A stretch of 64,000 nt of DNA from a virus. The DNA lies in the IMG/VR virus record IMGVR_UViG_3300029258_002996; one strand, given 5' to 3'. Under the pieces are notes generated by a model, which worked only from the letters and a program-made list of their open reading frames with translations, ran no database searches and was not told where the DNA came from. Made by a program: the position numbers and the translations under genes. Position 1 is the stretch's first letter; every line of letters starts with the position of its first letter. This document shows positions 37,269 through 47,331 of this stretch, piece by piece.

Positions 37269-40200
37269 TTATTCAAAAAGGGCCGACATCGATTTGTTCT
37301 GCGGAAGACCGAACAGCTTGCGGGCGTCCGACAGATTGAGCCCCAGCTCCAGGAGCAGACGACGGGATAGCTCGGCCACCTTCTGCGTGGTTACTTGCTC
37401 CGGGCTCGTAGCGTTCACCGGCATCGACTGAACTTCTGCCAGAATCTGAAACGCCTGCTGCTCGGCGGGCATCTCCTTCGGCATCCCCTCCCCGAACTCA
37501 GGCATCGGGGCCGCAGGTTGGGTTAGCGCGGGAGTCTCTGGAGCTGCGGGAGCTGCCGGGGCCATCTGCGCCCGGCGCTTGTCGATCTTTTTCTGGATCA
37601 GGAGCGCCATCCGCTTGGCGACCGGGGGCGACACCGCAGGTCCCGTAGGCGCGGCAGGAGCCGGTACCCCAGGCCCCGGAGCCGATGGGCCGGGCGTGGC
37701 TGGAGCAGGCCCCGGAGCCTTCGGGGCACCTGGCATCTGTTTCTCGGGACCTTTCTTCTTGGTCCCGGGCTTGTTGAGCTTGATTTCGAGGACCTTCTTC
37801 TTGTCCTCGTCATCCATCAGCGAGATGTCCTCGGGAGTCCACCCGAGAGCCTGGAGACCCTCGTCTCCCGTTCCCGGAGACATTCCGGGGGCCTTGGGGG
37901 CTCCTGTAGCGCCGGGAGCCTTCGGAGCACCAGGAGCGGCTGGAGGAGCCGCAGGAGCAGGTCCGGGAGCCGGAGCGGTAGGCGCCGGTGCGGGAGCAGC
38001 CGGTTGGGCCATCGGAGCGGCGGCTTGGGCCTCGCGCTTGGCGCGGATCCATGCCTCGCGGCGCTTCTTGCGACCGGCTTTTCCCTTCAGTCCCTTTGGA
38101 ATACCCATCGGGCCTTTGCCTTTCCCCCGCATCTTCCCTTCACCTTTGCCCTTGGGAAGCTTCTTCTCCGGCTTCGGCTTGGTGACATCCCCATCCTCGG
38201 TGAGCTGCTTCCCGTACTCGCCCGCGTAGCCCTGCCAGTACTCCTTGGCGGATTCGTCGACCGCTTCCATCTCGCCGCCAGCAGAATTGCCATACCTACC
38301 TACTTTATTGTTTTCACGAACTTCCCATTCATCCTCCGGACCAAAGTCACTTGGAGGATCGTAGTCGGAACCTTCCTCGTCCAGAATACGACGCAATCTT
38401 TCAGGAGAAACAATCTGAACCATGCGACCGAGATCTTTATCGTATCTATGAGTAATCTCTGATGCTTCCATCTCGCCGCCAGCGGACTCTTCCTTCTTGG
38501 AGCTTGGGCACCCGGCTGCGGCTTGGCGAGATTCCTTATCCCAGCCTTGTCGCTTAACGTACTCTTCGTACTCCTCACGGTACTCCTCGTATTCTTCGAG
38601 AAGTTCGTCAGCTCCATCTGTCATGTACATTTCGAAAAGGTAGTCCAACGCATCCTCTTCTGTATCGAAAACAGACAAATCAGTTCGATCCATATAGCCA
38701 GGAGCGGACATGTAAGCGCCGTAACCTTGACGAAGCTCGATATCGTGAATCTCGCTATTCTCCAGATAGTCTCGAAGGGAAGTCCCCTCGACGCTCGCCC
38801 TCCCATCTTTCTCGATCTCCCGTTTCAACTCTTCGATCTCTTCTCCATCGACATACTCAGCCGAAACAGATTCACCACCCATCGGACCATCTACCTCAAC
38901 CCACTCACCATGTTCAACGAAAGGCTCCATGAACGCGGCCTGCTTCCGAGCCTGAACGGCAGGAGCTTGCTCCATCGGAGCCTGACCTTCTACCTCACCC
39001 GAGCCGGTCGGTTCGCTCCCTTCCTCGGGTTGAGCTGGGCGAAAAGGGCTCCAGTCCACCTCCTCCCCGCCAAACGCCATCGTCAGGGCGTGAAGCTCCT
39101 CGGCGGACTCGGCCTCAATGTCGCGACCGTAGCCGCCCTCGGGAGACCACTTCTCGCGAAGCTTGGGGCCAGCGACCTTCCAGTTGATCGCGCCAGGCTT
39201 CAAATCCCCGTTCCCGACGAGCATCCAAGCGAAGTCTTTAAGATCGTCGAGCTTGAACTCATCAACTTCCGCAACGAGCCGCGAAGCAATCTTAATGAAG
39301 TCGTCAGTGACATCCAGATCACCGCGCAAGATGGAAGCAATCAACTCGGACTTTTTCTTCTTGTCTTTGCCACCCGGAGTGTAGCCCTCGCCCTCCATCC
39401 AGTTGGCCAACGCCCATGGGTTGTCGATCTCGGGATCTCCCTTCATCTCCTTGACCGTCTTCTCCCACTTCTTCGGAACCTTGGCCTCGGTGTTGCCACC
39501 GGCTTCATCCATCGCACGGCGAGCGTGGCGCTGAGTCTTCTCGGTCGGCAGGAACACGTTGTTCGCAGCCCACTTGTCCGGATCCATGATGTCCCGGAGA
39601 AGCTGCTCGCTCGGACGTGCCCGTTTCATTTCCCGGTAGATATGGGAAGCATCGGGGGGTGAGTCGAAGGAGTCGACGATCTTGGAACCTTCCCGCTCTT
39701 CCCCTAAAAACTTGGAAATGAGCATCGGCTGAATGCCGGAAACGTCTTTGTAGTCAGTACGCATCAACTCAGCAGCGTGCTGCATCGTCTTGGTATACAA
39801 AGGTTCTATACCAGGGATCAGTAAGATGTAGTTGTAACCTTTTTCCTGCATCCCACGAGCGACCTCCTCTTCGTCCATCGCCCTGCGACGACCTTCCTTC
39901 TCATCTCGCAGATCCTTGCCCTCACCCTTCTCCTGGTCGATGACCTTCGACGGATCCGAGGGAGTCTCGCCCTTGTTCAGGTTCTTGCCAGGCTCCTCCT
40001 GGACCTTGACCTTGAAGGGGTCTTTACCGCCGTCTTCGGCACGGCGACGAGAACCCTTACCCGGGTATGAACGAAGTCGATTCTCAAAGGACGTCCAATC
40101 TACCGGACCTTTTGGAGTATCCCAATCGGGATTCTCTCCAGGAGCGGCGATGAAATAATCAGACCACTCCGAGATTTTTCCGTTTTCGATTACGACATTA

Positions 40201-40850
40201 TCCAAATTTTCGGGAGCATTCTCGACTAGGTCCCCTAAAGTCCCTATGTAGTTGGATTCATCGTCGTATACTTCTAATTCCGACCAATGAATTCCCGATT
40301 CGGCTCGGCGACGAGCATCCTTTTCGTTCCGCATCCTTCGATCACCCCAGTTTGTATCCGCGCCACCGGTATCCTTCCCGAGACTCGTGTCCGGAAGACC
40401 GCCACGTCCTTCGTCCTGTCGAGGACGCTTGTTGATGGCCGGGTCGAAGTTTCGAGGATTTCGATCCGAAGTATCTGGACCGAGCCGTGGGTTCGAGGTC
40501 GAAGTACCCTTCGAATCCGTCCCCTTCGGAGTCTCGTTCACGGTCGGATTGTACTTTGGATATTCCTTGGTCGAGGTATCCTTTTCGAGAACTTCGGCAG
40601 GCGAAGGAAGGCTCTGAGAAGGTCCTTGCGTCTCGTTCACACCCGGGATGGGCATGTCGGCTTCCTTGCAGAACCGGCGCACCTCCTCATCGAGTCGGCC
40701 AATATGGGTGGCGAAGCCATCGCCCTCGGGTGGCCAGATCTCTACATCGTCGTTGTCGTTGATTCGCATCAACCAGCCGCCAGGATTCTCGACAGTCTGA
40801 CCGTCAAAGAGTGCGCTCTTTACCTGCCTCGGATTCAATTCCTTTGCCAT
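37269..40850 (-). CDS. ~1190-aa multi-module protein (putative polyprotein/internal head protein)
   Basis: Likely start MAKELN at 40850; linkers RRRAE x2, RRRAM, RRAM, RKQAA, KREAQ, KRRAQ; IDNPWALANWM and SAPGYMDRTD modules; Pro/Ala-rich tail. Confidence 0.8.
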   Translation of the reverse strand: MAKELNPRQVKSALFDGQTVENPGGWLMRINDNDDVEIWPPEGDGFATHIGRLDEEVRRFCKEADMPIPGVNETQGPSQSLPSPAEVLEKDTSTKEYPKYNPTVNETPKGTDSKGTSTSNPRLGPDTSDRNPRNFDPAINKRPRQDEGRGGLPDTSLGKDTGGADTNWGDRRMRNEKDARRRAESGIHWSELEVYDDESNYIGTLGDLVENAPENLDNVVIENGKISEWSDYFIAAPGENPDWDTPKGPVDWTSFENRLRSYPGKGSRRRAEDGGKDPFKVKVQEEPGKNLNKGETPSDPSKVIDQEKGEGKDLRDEKEGRRRAMDEEEVARGMQEKGYNYILLIPGIEPLYTKTMQHAAELMRTDYKDVSGIQPMLISKFLGEEREGSKIVDSFDSPPDASHIYREMKRARPSEQLLRDIMDPDKWAANNVFLPTEKTQRHARRAMDEAGGNTEAKVPKKWEKTVKEMKGDPEIDNPWALANWMEGEGYTPGGKDKKKKSELIASILRGDLDVTDDFIKIASRLVAEVDEFKLDDLKDFAWMLVGNGDLKPGAINWKVAGPKLREKWSPEGGYGRDIEAESAEELHALTMAFGGEEVDWSPFRPAQPEEGSEPTGSGEVEGQAPMEQAPAVQARKQAAFMEPFVEHGEWVEVDGPMGGESVSAEYVDGEEIEELKREIEKDGRASVEGTSLRDYLENSEIHDIELRQGYGAYMSAPGYMDRTDLSVFDTEEDALDYLFEMYMTDGADELLEEYEEYREEYEEYVKRQGWDKESRQAAAGCPSSKKEESAGGEMEASEITHRYDKDLGRMVQIVSPERLRRILDEEGSDYDPPSDFGPEDEWEVRENNKVGRYGNSAGGEMEAVDESAKEYWQGYAGEYGKQLTEDGDVTKPKPEKKLPKGKGEGKMRGKGKGPMGIPKGLKGKAGRKKRREAWIRAKREAQAAAPMAQPAAPAPAPTAPAPGPAPAAPPAAPGAPKAPGATGAPKAPGMSPGTGDEGLQALGWTPEDISLMDDEDKKKVLEIKLNKPGTKKKGPEKQMPGAPKAPGPAPATPGPSAPGPGVPAPAAPTGPAVSPPVAKRMALLIQKKIDKRRAQMAPAAPAAPETPALTQPAAPMPEFGEGMPKEMPAEQQAFQILAEVQSMPVNATSPEQVTTQKVAELSRRLLLELGLNLSDARKLFGLPQNKSMSALFE

Positions 40851-40891
40851 TTTATTCCTCGACCTTCCTTTGTGAAAAAGGTTTTTAGTTT

Positions 40892-41953
40892 TTATTCGAA
40901 ATCCTCTTCGTCGTCCTCGAAACCCCTCAACCACAGCTTCGCTTCAGGATGCTCGGACGCTCTCAGAGTTTGAACAAAATCCTCAAGTGTATCAAACTCT
41001 TCAGACCAGTATTGCCACCCTTCGGTAATCGCGTTCATATAAGCTTCTTCAATCTGGTATTGATCTGCGTCGGGACCGAACTCTTCCCTGATTTCGTTCC
41101 AGAGACCTTCGTCCAACTCTTCGGAAAGTTTGTCATTGAAGAAAGCGTCATGAGCCTTTTCAAGACCGTGATCGATACCCCGTCCCGTAATGACGACGTA
41201 GGAGTCCGCCTCCATCTCGTCGCCGTCATAAACCCCAACTACGGAGACGGGGGAATCAGCATCTTGGGGGTAGAAAACGTCTTGATCGACGATGTCCTTG
41301 ACTGGATACTGGCTGAGGAGAGCGTCAAGGTTGGCTTTCTTTCTCCGACCCTCACGTCCGAAGTCCTCTTCGTCGTCCTCGAACTCTTCTTCCTCGGGTT
41401 TGTCCCAGTCCGTGTCGTACTCTTCTCCAAAGAGTTCGTGAACCTCTTTGTAATTGAGAGTGAGTGGGTATTGGTCGAACTCGAAAGGTCCGAAGTACCA
41501 AATAAGATCTCGATAAGCCTGCCCACGTTCGGCAGGGTCGTCCGACTTCAATTCGTTTACGAGTTCTTCTTTAGAAGACCCTACACTATCGGCAACCCCT
41601 TCCAAATCCTTCGCCCAGAAAGGTTCATCAAAGCGGGAAACTCCTCGATTAAATGTCAAGGCAACGTCGGGAACTAGATAACCGTCGATCTCCGCGAACT
41701 TCTCGATGTCAAATCGAGAGATGGTCCAGGTGGCTTGGTACTCGTTCTCCGCATCTGGATTCCAGTCCAGATCGTTCTCGACGTACCAGCCTTCGGGACC
41801 GTACTGGGTCTGGACAATCAAGAGACCGCCGTAGTCAATGAAGTTCACATCTCCGAGATTGGCGATAATGTCAGGTTTGTCACTCTTGCCTTCCTGAGCT
41901 TTGACGTTCTTGGAGATCCTCTTCAATGCTTCGTCAGGGAGTACTTGTCTCAT
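40892..41953 (-). CDS. Acidic two-module protein
   Basis: KNVKAQ, then a GDVNFIDYGG module, then RRKKAN, then a second module. Confidence 0.75.
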   Translation of the reverse strand: MRQVLPDEALKRISKNVKAQEGKSDKPDIIANLGDVNFIDYGGLLIVQTQYGPEGWYVENDLDWNPDAENEYQATWTISRFDIEKFAEIDGYLVPDVALTFNRGVSRFDEPFWAKDLEGVADSVGSSKEELVNELKSDDPAERGQAYRDLIWYFGPFEFDQYPLTLNYKEVHELFGEEYDTDWDKPEEEEFEDDEEDFGREGRRKKANLDALLSQYPVKDIVDQDVFYPQDADSPVSVVGVYDGDEMEADSYVVITGRGIDHGLEKAHDAFFNDKLSEELDEGLWNEIREEFGPDADQYQIEEAYMNAITEGWQYWSEEFDTLEDFVQTLRASEHPEAKLWLRGFEDDEEDFE

Positions 41954-44319
41954 CTTTCCAACCCCTCTTCCTCGCGCATTTCGGCAAGGTCGTTCAGAAT
42001 TTCGAGCAGCTCAGGGTCTCCCGCGTAGGCCAACTCCGTCTCCATTCCCGCAGTATGTGGGATTTCCAACCCGTGATGCTCGTGACTGTCGTACCACCCT
42101 ACTCCGTGACCCATTCCCTCCATCGCGAGGTAGTGACCGAACTCGTCGCGGTTGAAGTCCTCATCCTCACCAGGAGGAATGAAGGTTTCCAGGTCGACGT
42201 TGTTGGAGCGCTCGATATCTCGGTAGAAGTTGGTTGCAAATTCGATAGCTTCGGGTGGAGTCTCCGGGGCAATGTTCATCAACTCGGCCCCCATGAAGTT
42301 CGGGGACTCGATTTCGACATCCACTTCATCGGCAAGGCGGTCAGCCTCCTCCCATTCGTCTGCCCACGAAGAGACAAAGAAGGCGCGAGCCATCGCTTCG
42401 ACAATAGTAGGATCCGGTTCACCCGCTTGAGCTTGACGACGAGCCTCGTGTCCAGGAGTTCCGAGAAGGTTTAACACATCCTTCAAATCCCACAAAAGCT
42501 CCGTACCTTCATCCAGAGCTTCCCGGTATTCCCTTTTCTTTGATTCATCCGCGACTACGTCAGGTTGCTTGATATTCACCTCGTACCATCTAACCGCGTC
42601 CTCAAGCTCCTCATGCGCGGCTTCGATTACGTCTTTTTCTACCGGATGCCCTGCGGACCAGTTAGATCCCAGCGCATAGAGTGCAGATCCTTGCCCTCCG
42701 TGCCATTTGAGAAGATCTTCCGCAAGCCCCCGATCTGGCTTGATTTCTTCTTCTTGAGCTTGACGACGAGATCCCCTCCAAGCAGGACCCCAAAGCTCAC
42801 CCTCGGGGGGTTCCTCTTCGCGGGAGGGCTTGTCCCAATCGAAATCCTCGACGAGGTGGAAGTTCCCGTGATCGGAAACGTGCCAAATATTTGGCCAATA
42901 CTGTTGACGGTTCCCCTCTTCTCGAATGGCATCTTCAATGCCATCCCACTCGACAAACTCTCCAAGATGCTTTCCTGCGAAGTAGACATCTTCGCCCCCA
43001 AGATATGAAGCGGACTGGATGAAAACATCATCTTCGTCGGGCTCAAAATCGTCTCCCTGAGCTTGGCGACGAGCAACCGCTCCAGAACCCATCCCGCCAT
43101 GACCAGGACCAGCTTCAGGACCCGCCTGCGCTTTACCTTTTCCTACCTGACCAGGTCCGCGCTTGGGTTTCTTGACTTCGTGGAGAGATTCTTTTTCAGC
43201 TTGCTGCTGAGACTGAGGTCGAGGGGGAAGGGAGGGATCTGGTTCGAGACCGAGGAGATCTCCCATTGCTTCACCCGGACGCATGTTGAGCGCAGGATCT
43301 TCCCCTAAAGGATCCGAAGGGAAGTAATCCTCAAGAGGATTCCAAGTAGCCCATTCGGGTGCCCCGCTCATCGCACGCTCTTCTTCGGGACTTAACCATC
43401 TCTGTGAAGGATCCGAAAATGTTTCTTCCGGTGTTTTCGCGAATGGCGCATCCTGCTGCACCGTTGCAGGTCCTCGCGGAGTCTGAATGTACTTGACGCC
43501 CGGTTCATTGCCGGACGCCTGAGCGTCCCTACGGTAAAAAGGGCGCTTCCCACCCCCTCGACGAGCATTCGGACCTTGACGCTTGCGCTTGGGGGGAGGA
43601 TTCTCCTTACGGAACTCCCCGGAATCACCACCCCCGACCTCGTGCTTGATCTTCTTCTGCACCCAGTCGGCAGTCTCCTCGCCATATTCCAGGTCAGGCT
43701 CTTCCCCGTTTACCATTGAAAGAACAAACCGGCGAGCCTTTACCTGATGTGGGAGAGGACCGTTCAAACCGTGCTTTAGGATCAGACGGTCGTAGTCTTC
43801 CTGAGTTTCGATCTGAGAGGCGATGCGCTGGAGGTCGTTGATCGGGAGAGTCGCGTAACCTTTCTGACCGATTTCGACGATCACCTCCGCCGCCGCCGAC
43901 TTGGGGAAGTTCCGTTTGTAGTGATCGTGGAGCGTGAGGTAGGAGCTGGCAGTAATGGACCCGGTGCGGTTCTTCTTCCACATCCCCTCCAGATGACCGT
44001 ACAAAGCCCGAAGACCGTGATCAGTCCCGAGGTCCTTGCGCGCCTTCACGATTCGATAGGCGTCGAAGACGGAAGCTACGGGAAGATTTCCGTTGATCTG
44101 CCCCGCTTCTCGATCAAGCTCCTCGGCGATCTTCTTCCGAACCTGCTCGACATGGGGAATATTCAACCGGAACTCCCGGGAATTCGCCTCATCTTGAGCT
44201 TGACGGCGAGCGACGGCTCCCGAGTAGAGTTTCGCAAGCCTGCCGACTCGAAGATCACCGACAGATTGCTGGGAAAAATCCGCGAGGTCCTGTTTGACGT
44301 TACGCCCGAATCTATTCAT
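41950..44319 (-). CDS. 789-aa multi-module protein (putative polyprotein)
   Basis: RRQAQ x4 and RRDAQ separate unrelated acidic modules. Confidence 0.8.
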   Translation of the reverse strand: MNRFGRNVKQDLADFSQQSVGDLRVGRLAKLYSGAVARRQAQDEANSREFRLNIPHVEQVRKKIAEELDREAGQINGNLPVASVFDAYRIVKARKDLGTDHGLRALYGHLEGMWKKNRTGSITASSYLTLHDHYKRNFPKSAAAEVIVEIGQKGYATLPINDLQRIASQIETQEDYDRLILKHGLNGPLPHQVKARRFVLSMVNGEEPDLEYGEETADWVQKKIKHEVGGGDSGEFRKENPPPKRKRQGPNARRGGGKRPFYRRDAQASGNEPGVKYIQTPRGPATVQQDAPFAKTPEETFSDPSQRWLSPEEERAMSGAPEWATWNPLEDYFPSDPLGEDPALNMRPGEAMGDLLGLEPDPSLPPRPQSQQQAEKESLHEVKKPKRGPGQVGKGKAQAGPEAGPGHGGMGSGAVARRQAQGDDFEPDEDDVFIQSASYLGGEDVYFAGKHLGEFVEWDGIEDAIREEGNRQQYWPNIWHVSDHGNFHLVEDFDWDKPSREEEPPEGELWGPAWRGSRRQAQEEEIKPDRGLAEDLLKWHGGQGSALYALGSNWSAGHPVEKDVIEAAHEELEDAVRWYEVNIKQPDVVADESKKREYREALDEGTELLWDLKDVLNLLGTPGHEARRQAQAGEPDPTIVEAMARAFFVSSWADEWEEADRLADEVDVEIESPNFMGAELMNIAPETPPEAIEFATNFYRDIERSNNVDLETFIPPGEDEDFNRDEFGHYLAMEGMGHGVGWYDSHEHHGLEIPHTAGMETELAYAGDPELLEILNDLAEMREEEGLER

Positions 44320-44421
44320 TTTGGATACTCCTCGGTGGTTTCCATTGTCATATTGAAAAACAGTTGTACCATAAGATGTTTGCTATGCTCTAAAGGCTGG
44401 GAAAGGAATTTTTCAGATTTT

Positions 44422-44724
44422 TTACAAGGCTTTGCCGATATCTCGCATCAAGTGAACCTTCCCGCACTCCAAGCATTTGATCTCTAAAGGTAATGTACCA
44501 AAGATCGTCTCCATCTGCGCGGAACAACATGGACTTCGAACCTCGTCACAATCGTCTTCGTCCTCGACGCAGGGATCCCCCTTGTCCTGATCTTCCTCTT
44601 CGGATTTACTCTGCTTGGCCCGTTGGAAAAGCTCGAACAGCTCTTGGACTTTTTCCTTGTTCAGATTTTTGAGGTTCTCGGGGACGTTCTCCAGCGCTTG
44701 CTGGAGTTCGGGAGGAAGGCTCAC
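44422..44724 (-). CDS. Small Zn-ribbon protein
   Basis: SPCC...CLECG. Confidence 0.6.
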   Translation of the reverse strand: MSLPPELQQALENVPENLKNLNKEKVQELFELFQRAKQSKSEEEDQDKGDPCVEDEDDCDEVRSPCCSAQMETIFGTLPLEIKCLECGKVHLMRDIGKAL

Positions 44725-44727
44725 GGA

Positions 44728-45603
44728 TTACTTCCGGACGTTGGAAGGGGAGAGCTTGGCGGGTACTACAGACACCCAAGCAGAGCCGTATGCCCCATAG
44801 TAATTTTCCCAATAAGCCGCAGCTACATCGTCCACTCCGTTCTTCCTCATCCAGGCACCCGCCATATCCGCCTTGACGCGCTTTTTCACGTCCTGAACGA
44901 GATCTTGGCCGTACAGCCCGTAGTACTCTTCGTAGTACGATTTGGCTGCCTCGTCCACCGCGATTTTTCTCGAACTGGCGTCCGCGAAATCGCGGAAAAC
45001 TTTCGAGACCTTCTGCGCGATTCCCCCATGTTTCAGAAAGGCTTCCCGGACCCGTCCCAGCTTCACGAGATCTACCGTCTCTCGCAGCACAGCGGGGGGA
45101 ACATCCTTACAGGTGTTGAGAACGTCCTTCGTCATGATGAAGGGAAGGTTCAAATACTTTGAAGCGCTTCTCGTCCGGATGCCGTCTGCAACCGACTGAC
45201 GAATCTCTTGCACGGTTTCGGATCCGTAAGCTCTGCGCAGCTCTTCCCAGCTCGGAACGCGGGGAGACTGCTCCCTGCGGTCAGACGCATTGAATCGACG
45301 CACCACCGCCACGGGGATGTCCGTAGAGAAAGTGGAGTCGTCTACAAGGTCGGCTCCGAAGAGACCCCACATCGCGGCGCAGGTATCCTTCGCTTCCTGC
45401 TTCCGCTTGGCTTCGTCACGACGCTTGCTTGCAGCTTTCAGCATCGCCCGACGTTTTTCCTGCTCGAAGCTTTCCTTCTCCTGCTTACTCCGCCGAAGAT
45501 GGACTCGACCATCCTCGCCCCTTCCGGCGGACCACATGTGGTGCGCATCTCTTCGGGGATTTTCGGAACGTCGCATTTCGTTTGCCTCCATGTTTCGTCT
45601 CAT
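44728..45603 (-). CDS. Hypothetical protein with two VD..A..Y[WY]..YYG.YG repeats
   Basis: AVDEAAKSYYEEYYGLYG; VDDVAAAYWENYYGAYG. Confidence 0.7.
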   Translation of the reverse strand: MRRNMEANEMRRSENPRRDAHHMWSAGRGEDGRVHLRRSKQEKESFEQEKRRAMLKAASKRRDEAKRKQEAKDTCAAMWGLFGADLVDDSTFSTDIPVAVVRRFNASDRREQSPRVPSWEELRRAYGSETVQEIRQSVADGIRTRSASKYLNLPFIMTKDVLNTCKDVPPAVLRETVDLVKLGRVREAFLKHGGIAQKVSKVFRDFADASSRKIAVDEAAKSYYEEYYGLYGQDLVQDVKKRVKADMAGAWMRKNGVDDVAAAYWENYYGAYGSAWVSVVPAKLSPSNVRK

Positions 45604-45872
45604 AAGTACGGGGCGACCAAGTAATCGTAAGATTTATCGACTTCGGATTCTACTTGATCTGCCTCCCGATCACTTACCCAGGATTGTAACAGCTTTGTGA
45701 TCGCAGTCAACTGCCAATCCATCGACCAGCTAGCTACCTGTTCCAGGGATTTCAACGCCCCACGAACGAGCGTACCCCAGTAGGTATTGGCCAAAGGATT
45801 TTGCGAGGTTTTTCGAAGGAGGGTATCGTCCTCCAAGATCAACCTCAGAAATCTTTCGGCTTCTGGTCTCAT
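45600..45872 (-). CDS. Hypothetical protein
   Basis: ATGA overlap. Confidence 0.6.
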   Translation of the reverse strand: MRPEAERFLRLILEDDTLLRKTSQNPLANTYWGTLVRGALKSLEQVASWSMDWQLTAITKLLQSWVSDREADQVESEVDKSYDYLVAPYL

Positions 45873-45981
45873 GCCGATCTTATATTAACATAAATATTTT
45901 AGATATTTTTAAGCAAAGGGAAGGTAGGAAAAAGCAAAGATCAGCTACTTGCGATCTTGAATCCGTAGGTTCCGAAAATCT

Positions 45982-46878
45982 TCACTTCCCGTATTTGGAG
46001 ATCAGCTCCTGAGCCTTGGCTTGGCCGACAGGGGTGAGAACCATCGTCTGCTTGTCGGTGGGATGAAGCTGAAGAAGCTCGGGATTTTTGTAAACCTCCC
46101 GTCTCGTGTTGTTCTTTCTGGGGTGAGTCGTCCCGTCCGAAGTCGTCAGGTTCTTCACCAACTCATCTACCCGAGCGGATCCGCCCATCTTGTGAAGGGC
46201 CATCAAAACCTTGTCGGAAAACACCGGCCCCTCCACGTGTCGTTTCCGCTTCTTCTTTTGTACTGTCGTATTTCCGTTTTGCGAATACTCGGGCATCTTC
46301 ACTCTCCTTTTTTTCTTCAAACGAAGATCAAAATACACCGGATGGCAATCGCCGAAATGTATCGGCGAAGGGGCCAGTGCAAACTTGTCGTCCGATATTT
46401 GTTCGATCCTCGGTCTTCCTCTCAGGATCGATTGAACCACCGACACCGGTGCGTTCGTCATTATGTAGTTTTGATCCAATGCGTTCAAACAGGCGCAGAA
46501 CCTCTTCGACCGAAGTTTTTTGAGGACGTAGTCGTGGCGGCTGTAAGAGCTTCGCCGGATATCGAGAAGGTAACACTTGTCCGACTTGCAGATGTACTTC
46601 CGACGAAACTCCTGGAACGGCAGGTTGAAGTACCGTTTGATCCAATGATAGATGGTGACAAAGCTGACTCCGATGTAATCGGCCATCCCACCTGCCGATT
46701 TGAAGATCGCGGCGTCGAGAAGAATGTCCCGAATCGGCATCTCGTGCTCGACCTGGGCAATGAGGACGCGGTACGAGTGCGCTGCCTTGCATTTGTCGCA
46801 AAACAGATGCCCCTGCAATTCCCGGTTCGAAATTCCCGAAACCAACTGGGTGCAGTAGGGAGTGTCGCACTCTCTCAT
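45982..46878 (-). CDS. HTH/Zn DNA-binding protein
   Basis: MADYIGVSFVTIYHWIKR HTH; Cys pairs; C-terminal winged-helix-like region. Confidence 0.7.
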   Translation of the reverse strand: MRECDTPYCTQLVSGISNRELQGHLFCDKCKAAHSYRVLIAQVEHEMPIRDILLDAAIFKSAGGMADYIGVSFVTIYHWIKRYFNLPFQEFRRKYICKSDKCYLLDIRRSSYSRHDYVLKKLRSKRFCACLNALDQNYIMTNAPVSVVQSILRGRPRIEQISDDKFALAPSPIHFGDCHPVYFDLRLKKKRRVKMPEYSQNGNTTVQKKKRKRHVEGPVFSDKVLMALHKMGGSARVDELVKNLTTSDGTTHPRKNNTRREVYKNPELLQLHPTDKQTMVLTPVGQAKAQELISKYGK

Positions 46879-46884
46879 ACAAAA

Positions 46885-47331
46885 CTAATCCTCATCCGTA
46901 TCGAAAAACTTCTTGACGTAACCCTCCAAACTGAGCAACGCCGGGGGAATGTACAGGAGCGCCGGAGTATCCGAAGTCTCTGGTTTCGTAAATCTGATCT
47001 GATCTACGTATACGTGAAGGTTCTGCCGGAGAACCGACAACGTCTGCTCATTGTCCAGATTGGAAACCTTTTGCAAATCCTCCTCGGAAGGTTCTTTCGC
47101 GGCGTGTCCGTCAAGAACTTTCATATCCCCCGGCATCGGGACTCCGATCACCTCATCCACCCAATGACAATCCCGGTACGGGTGCGTACCCGCAGAGCGG
47201 ACGGTCATCTGGAACTCTTCTTCGGTCATCACATCGTCCGGTGAGCCGAACGACGGACACTCACCCGGGCAGCGTTTCGTCTTCTTGATCAGATCGACTG
47301 CCCAATTCTTCCACGCTTGTTTCATCGGCAT
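46885..47331 (-). CDS. Hypothetical protein
   Basis: Operonic ORF; start uncertain. Confidence 0.6.
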   Translation of the reverse strand: MPMKQAWKNWAVDLIKKTKRCPGECPSFGSPDDVMTEEEFQMTVRSAGTHPYRDCHWVDEVIGVPMPGDMKVLDGHAAKEPSEEDLQKVSNLDNEQTLSVLRQNLHVYVDQIRFTKPETSDTPALLYIPPALLSLEGYVKKFFDTDED

